Below are positions 52,201 to 64,000 of a stretch of 64,000 nucleotides of DNA, one piece after another (within the stretch, counting starts at the first letter, position 1; the number at the start of each line of letters is the position of its first letter). Under the pieces are notes generated by a model that saw nothing but the letters and a program-made list of their open reading frames with translations, was not told the origin of the DNA and made no database searches. The stretch lies in NCBI GenBank assembly GCA_030390025.1, contig CM059431.1:136712001-136776000 (forward strand), in the 5' to 3' direction. Position numbers and translations under genes: made by a program. The stretch comes from Squalus acanthias (Eukaryota).

Positions 52201-55200
52201 TGACCCAGAGCAACAATGATATCACACTGACCCAGACCAACAACGACAGCCCACTGACTCAGACCAACAACGATATCACACTGACCCAAAACAACAACGA
52301 TATACCACTGACACAGACCATCAAGGATATCCCACTGACCCAAACCAACAATGATATCCCACTGACGCAAACCAACAACGATATCCCACTGAACCAAACC
52401 AACAATGATATCCCACTGACCCAGACAAACAACTATATCCCACTGACCCAGACCAACAAGGATATCCCACTGACCCAGAGCAACAACGATATCCCACTCA
52501 CCCAGACCAACAAGGATATCCCACTGACCCAAACCAACATCGATATCCCACTGACACAAATCAACAACGATATCCCACTTACCCAAACCAACAACGATAT
52601 CCCACTGACCCAGACCAACAACGATATCCCACTGACACAAACCAGCAACGATATCCCACTGACCCAAACCAACAAAGATATCACACAGACCCAAACAAAC
52701 AACGATATCCCACTGACCCAAACCAACATCGATATCACACTGACCCAAACAAACAACGATATCCCACTGACCCAAACCAGCAACGATATCCAACTGACAC
52801 AAACCAACAACGATATCCCACTGACACAGACCAACAATGATATCCCACTGACACAAACCAACAACGATATCCCAATGACCCAGACCATTAGTTATATCCC
52901 ACTGACCCAAGCCAACAATGATATCCCACTGACCCAAACCAACAACGATATCCCACTGACCCAAACCAACAACGATATCCCACTGACCCAGACCAACACC
53001 GATATCCCACTGACCGAAACCAACAACGGTATCCCACTGACCCAGACCAACAATGATATCCCACTGACCCAGACCAACAACGATATCCCACTGACCCAGA
53101 CCAACAACGATATCCCACTGACCCAAACCAACAACGATATCCCACTGACCCAGACCAACAAGGATATCCCACTGACCCAAACCAACAATGATATCCCACT
53201 GACCCAAACCAACAACGATATCCCACTGACCCAAACCAACAACGATATCCCACTGACCCAGAACAACAACGATATCCCACTGACCCAGACCAACAATGAT
53301 ATCCCACTGACCCAAACCAACAACGATATCCCACTGACCCAAACCAACAACGATATCCCACTGACCCAGACCAACAACGATATCCCACTGACCCAGACCA
53401 ACAACGATATCCCACTGACCCAAACCAACATCGATATCCCACTGACCAGACCAACAACGATATCCCACTGACCCAGACCAACAAGGATATCCCACTGACC
53501 CAAACCAACAACGATATCCCACTGACCCAAACCAACATCGATATCCCACTGACACAAACCAACAACGATATCCCACTGACCCAAACCAACAACGATATCC
53601 CACTGACCCAGACCAACAATGATATCCCACTGACCCAAACCAACAACGATATCCCACTGACCAGACCAACAACGATATCCCACTGACCCAAACCAACAAC
53701 GATATCCCACTGACCCAAACCAACAACGATATCCCACTGACCCAGACCAACAACGATATCCCACTGACCCAGACCAACAACGATATCCCACTGACCCAAA
53801 CCAACATCGATATCCCACTGACACAAACCAACAACGATATCCCACTGACCCAAACCAACAACGATATCCCACTGACCCAGACCAACAATGATATCACACT
53901 GACCCAAACCAACAACGATATCCCACTGAGCCAGACCAACAATGATATCACACTGACCCAAACCAACAATGATATCCCACTGACCCAGACCAACAACGAT
54001 ATCCCACTGACCCAGACCAACAATGATATCCCACTGACCCAAACCAACAACGATATCCCACTGACCAGACCCACAACGATATCCCACTGACCCAGACGAA
54101 CAACGATATCCCACTGACCCAGACCCACAAGGATATCCCACAGACCCAGACCAACAAGAATATCCCACTGACCCAGACTAATAGCTATATCCCACAGACC
54201 CAGATCCACAACGATATCCCACTGACCCAGATCAAGAATTATATCGCACTGACACAGGCCAGCAACGATATCCCACTGACCCAGAAGACCAAAGATATCG
54301 CACTGACAAAGGCCAACAACGATATCCCACTGACCCTGACCAACAACGATATCCCACTGACCCAGACCAACAACGATATCGCACTGACCCAGACCAACAA
54401 TGATATCCCACTGACCCAAACCAGCAACGATATCCCACTGACCCAGACCAACAACGATATCCCACTGACCCAAACCAACATCGATATCCGACTGACCCAA
54501 ACCAACAATGATATCCCACTGACCCAAACCAACAACGACATCACACTGACCCAGACCAACAATGATATCCCACTGAACAAGACCAACAACGATATCCCAC
54601 TGACCCTGACCAACAACGATATCCTACTGACCCAGACCAACAACTATATCCCACTGACCCAAACCAACAACGGTATCCCACTGAGCCGGAACAACAATGA
54701 TATTCCACTGACCAAGACCAACAATTATATCCCACTGACGCAAACCAACAACGATAACTCACTGACCCAGACCAACAATGATATCCCACTGACCAAACCA
54801 ACAATGATATCCCACTGACCCAAACCAACAACGATATCACACAGACCCAAACAAACAACGATATCCCACTGACCCAAACCAACATCGATATCACATTGAC
54901 CCAAACAAACAACGATATCCCACTGACCCAAACCAGCAACGATATTCAACTGACACAAACCAACAACGATATCCCACTGACCCAGACCAACAATGATATC
55001 CCACTGACACAAACCAACAACGATATCCCAATGACCCAGACCAACAATGATATGCCACTGACCCTAGCCAACAATGATATCCCACTGACGCAAACCAACA
55101 ACGATATCCCACTGACCCAAACCAACGACGATATCCCACTGACCCAGACCAACACCGATATCCCACTGACCGAAACCAACATCGGTATCCCACTGACCCA

Positions 55201-58200
55201 GAGCAACAATGATATCACACTGACCCAGACCAACAACGATATCCTACTGACTCAGACCAACAACGATATCCCACTGACCCAAACCAACAACGATATACCA
55301 CTGACCCAGACCATCTAGGATATCCCACTGACCCAAACCAACAATGATATCCCACTGACCCAAACCAACAACGATATCCCACTGACCCAAACCAACAACG
55401 ATATCCCACTGACCCAGACCAACACCGATATCCCACTGACCGAAACCAACAACGGTATCCCACTGACCCAGAGCAACAATGATATCACACTGACCCAGAC
55501 CAACAACGATATCCCACTGACTCAGACCAACAACGATATCACACTGACCCAAACCAACAACGATATACCACTGACACAGACCATCAAGGATATCCCACTG
55601 ACCCAAACCAACAATGATATCCCACTGACGCAAACCAACAACGATATCCCACTGAACAAACCAACAATGATATCCCACTGACCCAGAAAAACAACTATAT
55701 CCCACTGACCCAGACCAACAAGGATATCCCACTGACGTAAACCAACAACGATATCCCATTGAACCAAACCAACAACGATATACCACTGACCCAGACCATC
55801 TGGGATATCCCACTGACCCAGACAAACAACTATATCCCACTGACCCAGACCAACAGTGATATCCCACTGAAACAGAGCAACAACGATATCCCACTCACCC
55901 AGACCAACAAGGATATCCCACTGACCCAAACCAACAAGGATATCCCACTGACCCAAACCAACATCGATATCCCACTGACACAAATCAACAACGATATCCC
56001 ACTGACCCAAACCAACAACGATATCCCACTGACCCAGTCCAACAATGATATCACACTGACCCAAACCAACAACGATATCCCACAGAGCCAGACCAACAAT
56101 GATATCACACTGACCCAAACCAACAACGATATCCCACTGAACCAAACCAACAATGATATCCCACTGACCCAGACCAACAACGATATCCCACTGACCCAGA
56201 CCAACAAGGATATCCCACTGACCCAGAGCAACAACGATATCCCACTGACCCAGACCAACAACGATATCCCACTGACCCAAACCAACATCGATATCCCACT
56301 GACACAAATCAACAACGATATCCCACTGACCCAAACCAACAACGATATCCCACTGACCCAGACCAACAATGATATCACACTGACCCAAACCAACAACGAT
56401 ATCCCACAGAGCCAGACCAACAATGATATCACACTGACCCAAACCAACAATGATATCCCACTGACCCAGACCAACAACGATATCCCACTGACCCAGACCA
56501 ACAATGATATCACACTGACCCAAACCAACAACGATATCCCACTGACCAGACCCACAACGATATCCCACTGACCCAGACCAACAACGATATCCCACTGACC
56601 CAGACCAACAAGGATATCCCACTGACCCAGACCAACAACGATATCCCACTGACCCAGACCAACAACGATATCCCACTGACCCAAACCAACAACGATATCC
56701 CACTGACCCAGACCAACAATGATATCCCACTGACCCAGACCAACAACGATATCCCACTGACCCAGACCAACAATGATATCCCACTGACCCAGACCAACAA
56801 CGATATCCCACTGACCCAGACCAACAACGATATCCCACTGACCCAGACCAACAACGATATCCCACTGACCCAGACCAACAATGATATCCCACTGACCCAA
56901 ACCAACAACGATATCCCACTGACCCAGACCAACAACGATATCCCACTGACCCAAACCAACATCGATATCCCACTGACCCAAACCAACAATGATATCCCAC
57001 TGACCCAAACCAACAACGATATCCCACTGACCCAGACCAACAATGATATCCCACTGACCCAAGACCAACAACGATATCCCACTGACCCAGACCAACAACG
57101 ATATCCACTGACCCAGACCAACAACGATATCCCACTGACCCAAACCAACAACGATATCCCACTGACCCGAACAACAATGATATCCACTGACCAAGACCAA
57201 CAATGATATCCCACTGACCCAAACCAACAACGATATCCCACTGACCCAGACCAACAATGATATCCCACTGACCCAAACCAACAATGATATCCCACTGACC
57301 CAAACCAACAACGATATCACACAGACCCAAACAAACAACGATATCCCACTGACCCAAACCAACATCGATATCACACTGACCCAAACAAACAACGATATCC
57401 CACTGACCCAAACCAGCAACGATATCCCACTGACACAAACCAACAACGATATCCCACTGACCCAGACCAACAATGATATCCCACTGACACAAACCAACAA
57501 CGATATCCCACTGACCCAGACCAACAATGATATCCACTGACCCAAGCCAACAATGATATCCCACTGACCCAAACCAACAACGATATCCCACTGACCCAAA
57601 CCAACAACGATATCCCACTGACCCAGACCAACAACGATATCCCACTGACCCAAACCAACAACGATATCCCACTGACCCAGACCAACAATGATATCCACTG
57701 ACCCAGACCAACAACGATATCCCACTGACCCAGACCAACAACGATATCCCACTGACCCAAACCAACAACGATATCCCACTGACCCAGACCAACAACGATA
57801 TCCCACTGACCCAAACCAACAATGATATCCCACTGACCCAAACCAACAACGATATCCCACTGACCCAAACCAACAACGATATCCCACTGACCCAGACCAA
57901 CAACGATATCCCACTGACCCAGACCAACAACGATATCCCACTGACCCAAACCAACAATGATATCCCACTGACCCAAACCAACAACGATATCCCACTGACC
58001 CAGACCAACAACGATATCCCACTGACCCAAACCAACAACGATATCCCACTGACCCAGACCAACAAGGATATCCCACTGACCCAAACCAACAATGATATCC
58101 CACTGACGCAAACCAACAACGATATCCCACTGAACAAAACCAACAATGATATCCCACTGACCCAGAAAAACAACTATATCCCACTGACCCAGACCAACAA

Positions 58201-61200
58201 GGATATCCCACTGACGTAAACCAACAACGATATCCCATTGAACCAAACCAACAACGATATACCACTGACCCAGACCATCTGGGATATCCCACTGACCCAG
58301 ACAAACAACTATATCCCACTGACCCAGACCAACAGTGATATCCCACTGAAACAGAGCAACAACGATATCCCACTCACCCAGACCAACAAGGATATCCCAC
58401 TGACCCAAACCAACAAGGATATCCCACTGACCCAAACCAACATCGATATCCCACTGACACAAATCAACAACGATATCCCACTGACCCAAACCAACAACGA
58501 TATCCCACTGACCCAGACCAAAAATGATATCACACTGACCCAAACCAACAACGATATCCCACAGAGCCAGACCAACAATGATATCACACTGACCCAAACC
58601 AACAACGATATCCCACTGAACAAAACCAACAATGATATCCCACTGACCCAGAAAAACAACTATATCCCACTGACCCAGACCAACAAGGATATCCCACTGA
58701 CCCAGAGCAACAACAATATCCCACTCACCCAGACCAACAAGGATATCCCACTGACCCAAACCAACATCGATATCCCACTGACACAAATCTACAACGATAT
58801 CCCACTGACCCAAACCAACAACGATATCCCACTGACACAGACCAAAAATGATATCACACTGATCCAAACCAACAACGATATCCCACAGAGCCAGACCAAC
58901 AATGATATCACACTGACCCAAACCAACAATGATATCCACTGACCCAGACCAACAATGCTATCACACTGACCCAAACCAACAACGATATCCCACTGACCAG
59001 ACCCACAACGATATCCCACTGACCCAGACGAACAACGATATCCCACTGACCCAGACCCACAAGGATATCCCACAGACCCAGACCAACAAGAATATCCCAC
59101 TGACCCAGACTAATAGCTATATCCCACAGACCCAGATCCACAACGATATCCCACTGACCCAGATCAAGAATTATATCGCACTGACACAGGCCAGCAACGA
59201 TATCCCACTGACCCAGAAGACCAAAGATATCGCACTGACAAAGACCAACAACGATATCCCCCTGACCCTGACCAACAACGATATCCCACTGACCCAGACC
59301 AACAACGATATCGCACTGACCCAGACCAACAATGATATCCCACTGACCCAAACCAGCAACGATATCCCACTGACCCAGACCAACAACGATATCCCACTGA
59401 CCCAAACCAACATCGATATCCGACTGACCCAAACCAACAATGATATCCCACTGACCCAAACCAACAACGACATCACACTGACCCAGACCAACAATGATAT
59501 CCCACTGAACAAGACCAACAACGATATCCCACTGACCCTGACCAACAACGATATCCTACTGACCCAGACCAACAACGATATCCCACTGACCCAGACCAAC
59601 AACGATATCCCACTGACCCAGACCAACAATGATATCACACTGACCCAGACCAACAATGATATCCCACTGACCCAGACCAACAACGATATCCCACTGACCC
59701 AGACCAACAATGATATCCCACTGACCAAACCAACAACGATATCACACTGACCCAAACCAACAACGATATCCACTGACCCAAACCAACAACGATATCCCAC
59801 TGACCCAAACCAACAACGATATCCCACTGACCCAAACCAACAACGATATCCCACTGACCCAAACCAACAACGATATCACACTGACCCAACCAACAACGAT
59901 ATCCCACTGACCCAAGACCAACAATGATATCCCACTGACCCAAACCAACAATGATATCCCACTGACCCAGACCAACAATGATATCCACTGACCCAGACCA
60001 ACAATGATATCCCACTGACCAAACCAACAACGATATCCACTGACCCAAACAACAACGATATCCCACTGACCCAAACCAACAACGATATCCCACTGACCCA
60101 GACCAACACCGATATCCCACTGACCGAAACCAACATCGGTATCCCACTGACCCAGAGCAACAATGATATCACACTGACCCAGACCAACAACGATATCCCA
60201 CTGACTCAGACCAACAACGATATCCCACTGACCCAAACCAACAACGATATACCACTGACCCAGACCATCTAGGATATCCCACTGACCCAAACCAACAATG
60301 ATATCCCACTGACGTAAACCAACAACGATATCCCATTGAACCAAACCAACAACGATATACCACTGACCCAGACCATCTGGGATATCCCACTGACCCAGAC
60401 AAACAACTATATCCCACTGACCCAGACCAACAGTGATATCCCACTGATACAGAGCAACAACGATATCCCACTCACCCAGACCAACAAGGATATCCCACTG
60501 ACCCAAACCAACAAGGATATCCCACTGACCCAAACCAACATCGATATCCCACTGACACAAATCAACAACGATATCCCACTGACCCAAACCAACAACGATA
60601 TCCCACTGACCCAGTCCAACAATGATATCACACTGACCCAAACCAACAACGATATCCCACAGAGCCAGACCAACAATGATATCACACTGACCCAAACCAA
60701 CAATGATATCCCACTGACCCAGACCAACAACGATATCCCACTGACCCAGACCAACAATGATATCACACTGACCCAAACCAACAACGATATCCCACTGACC
60801 AGACCCACAACGATATCCCACTGACCCAGACCAACAATGATATCCCACTGACCCAAACCAACATCGATATCCCACTGACCCAAACCAAAAATGATACCGC
60901 ACTGACCCAGACCAACAACGATATCCGACTGACCCAAACCAGCAACGATATCCCACTGACCCAAACCAACAACGATATCCACTGACCGAAACCAACAACG
61001 ATATCCCACTGACCTAAAACAACAACGATATCCCACTGACCCAGACCAACAATGATATCCGACTGACCCAAACCAACAACGATATCACACTGACCCAAAC
61101 CAATAATGATATCCCACTGACCCAGACCAACAATGACAGCCCAATGACACAGACCAACAAGGATATCCCACTGACCCAAACCAACATCGATACCCCCTGA

Positions 61201-64000
61201 CCCAAACCAACAACGATATCCCACTGACCCAAAACAACAATGATATCCCACTGACACAGACCAACAACGATATCCTACTGACCCAAACCAACAACGATAT
61301 TCCACTGACCCAAACCAACAATGATATCCCACTGACCCAGAGCAACAACGATATCCCACTGACCCAGACCAACAATGATATCCCACTGACCGAAACCAAC
61401 AACGATATCCCACTGACCCAGACCAACAATGATATCCCACTGACCCAAACCAACAACGATATTCCACTGACCCAAACCAACATCGATATCCCACTGAACC
61501 AAACCAACAACGATATTCCACTGACCCAGACCAACAAGGATATCCCACTGACCAAACCAACAACGATATCCCACTGACCCAAACCAACATCGATATCCCA
61601 CTGACACAAATCAACAACGATATCCCACTGACCCAAACCAACAACGATATCCCACTGACCCAGACCAACAATGATATCACACTGACCCAAACCAGCAACG
61701 ATATCCCACAGAGCCAGACCAACAATGATATCACACTGACCCAAACCAACAATGATATCCCACTGACCCAGACCAACAACGATATCCCACTGACCCAGAC
61801 CAACAATGATATCACACTGACCCAAACCAACAACGATATCCCACTGACCAGACCCACAACGATATCCCACTGACCCAGACCAACAATGATATCCCACTGA
61901 CCGAAACCAACAACGATATCCCACTGACCCATACCAACAATGATATCCCACTGACGCAAACCAACAACGATATCCCACTGAACCAAACCAACAATGATAT
62001 CCCACTGACCCAGACAAACAACTATATCCCACTGACCCAGACCAACAAGGATATCCCACTGACCCAGAGCAACAACGATATCCCACTCACCCAGACCAAC
62101 AACGATATCCCACTGACCCAAACCAACAACGATATCCACTGACCCAAACCAACAACGATATCCCACTGACCCAAACCAACAACGATATCCCACTGACCCA
62201 GACCAACATCGATATCCCACTGACCCAAACCAACAATGATATCCACTGAGCCAAGACCAACAACGATATCCCACTGACCCAAACCAACAACGATATCCCA
62301 CTGACCCAGACCAACAACGATATCCCACTGACCCAGACCAACAATGATATCCCACTGACCCAAACCAACAATGATATCCCACTGACCCAGACCAACAACG
62401 ATATCCCACTGACCCAGAACAACAATGATATCCCACTGACCAAACCAACAACGATATCCCACTGACCCAAACCAACAACGATATCCCACTGACCCAAACC
62501 AACAATGATATCCCACTGACCCAATCAACAACGATATCCCACTGACCCAAACCAACAACGATATCCCACTGACCCAAACCACAACGATATCCCACTGACC
62601 CAGACCAACAACGATATCCCACTGACCCAAACCAACAACGATATCCCACTGACCCAGACCAACAATGATATCCCACTGACCCAAACCAACAACGATATTC
62701 CACTGACCCAAACCAACATCGATATCCCACTGAACCAAACCAACAACGATATTCCACTGACCCAGACCAACAAGGATATCCCACTGACCCAAACCAACAA
62801 CGATATCCCACTGACCCAAACCAACATCGATATCCCACTGACACAAATCAACAACGATATCCCACTGACCCAAACCAACAACGATATCCCACTGACCCAG
62901 ACCAACAATGATATCACACTGACCCAAACCAGCAACGATATCCCACAGAGCCAGACCAACAATGATATCACACTGACCCAAACCAACAATGATATCCCAC
63001 TGACCCAGACCAACAACGATATCCCACTGACCCAGACCAACAATGATATCACACTGACCCAAACCAACAACGATATCCCACTGACCAGACCCACAACGAT
63101 ATCCCACTGACCCAGACCAACAATGATATCCCACTGACCGAAACCAACAACGATATCCCACTGAACCAAACCAACAATGATATCCCACTGACCCATACAA
63201 ACAACTATATCCCACTGACTCAGACCAACAAGGATATCCCACTGACCCAGAGCAACAACGATATCCCACTCACCCAGACCAACAAGGATATCCCACTGAC
63301 CCAAACCAACATCGATATCCCACTGACACAAATCAACAACGATATCCCACTGACCCAAACCAACAACGATATCCCACTGACCCAGACCAACAATGATATC
63401 ACACTGACCCAAACCAACAACGATATCCCACAGAGCCAGACCAACAATGATATCACACTGACCCAAACCAACAATGATATCCCACTGACCCAGACCAACA
63501 ACGATATCCCACTGACCGAGACCAACAATGCTATCACACTGACCCAAACCAACAACGATATCCCACTGACCAGACCCACAAAGATATCCCACTGACCCAG
63601 ACCAACAGTGATATCCCACTGACCCAAACCAACAACGATATCCCACTGACCCATACCAACAATGATATCCCACTGACCCAGACCAACAAGGATATCCCAC
63701 TGACCCAAACCAACAACGATATCCCACTGACACAAACCAACAACGATATCCCACTGACCCAAACCAACAACGATATCCACTGACCCAGACCAACAACGAT
63801 ATCCCACTGACCCAAACCAACATCGATATCCCACTGACCCAAACCAACAACGATATCCCACTGACCCAAACCAGCAACGATATCCCACTGACCCAAACCA
63901 ACAACGATATCCCACTGACCCAGACCAACAACTGATATCCCACTGACCCAAACCAACAACGATATCCCACTGACCCAGACCAACAATGATATCCCACTGA
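40291..64000 (-). repeat. 27-bp satellite type A (CCACTGACCCARACCAACAAYGATATC), about 880 units, running off the window end
   Basis: Tandem units with a GATATC palindrome and kb-scale higher-order duplications. Confidence 0.98.

Overview
Vertebrate genomic DNA, most likely a shark or other cartilaginous fish, inferred from the CR1/L2 LINEs, a tRNA-derived DeuSINE-like element and a Penelope-type end. Only one host protein-coding sequence is supportable: an intact single-coding-exon beta-1,3-galactosyltransferase (B3GALT5-like, 10605..11531, +). The rest is decayed or rearranged LINEs and tandem arrays with 21, 23, 27 (two types), 28, about 48 and 73 bp units. A 27-bp satellite fills 40.3-64 kb, and nearly all long ORFs in the track are satellite artefacts. 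Most notable: (1) two minisatellites that appear to have grown out of LINE ORF2/RT coding sequence; (2) a minimal hammerhead ribozyme about 65 nt upstream of a CR1 whose 5' end is an array of 73-bp CpG-rich monomers; (3) two sister CR1s that keep their 5' ends but lost their 3' ends, one fused in frame to an L2 tail; (4) an inverted, greatly expanded second copy of a compound satellite block; (5) a 2.28-kb tandem duplication inside a G-rich minisatellite. No new multi-gene system is evident. Repeat boundaries are approximate and family assignments come from recalled motifs, not searches.
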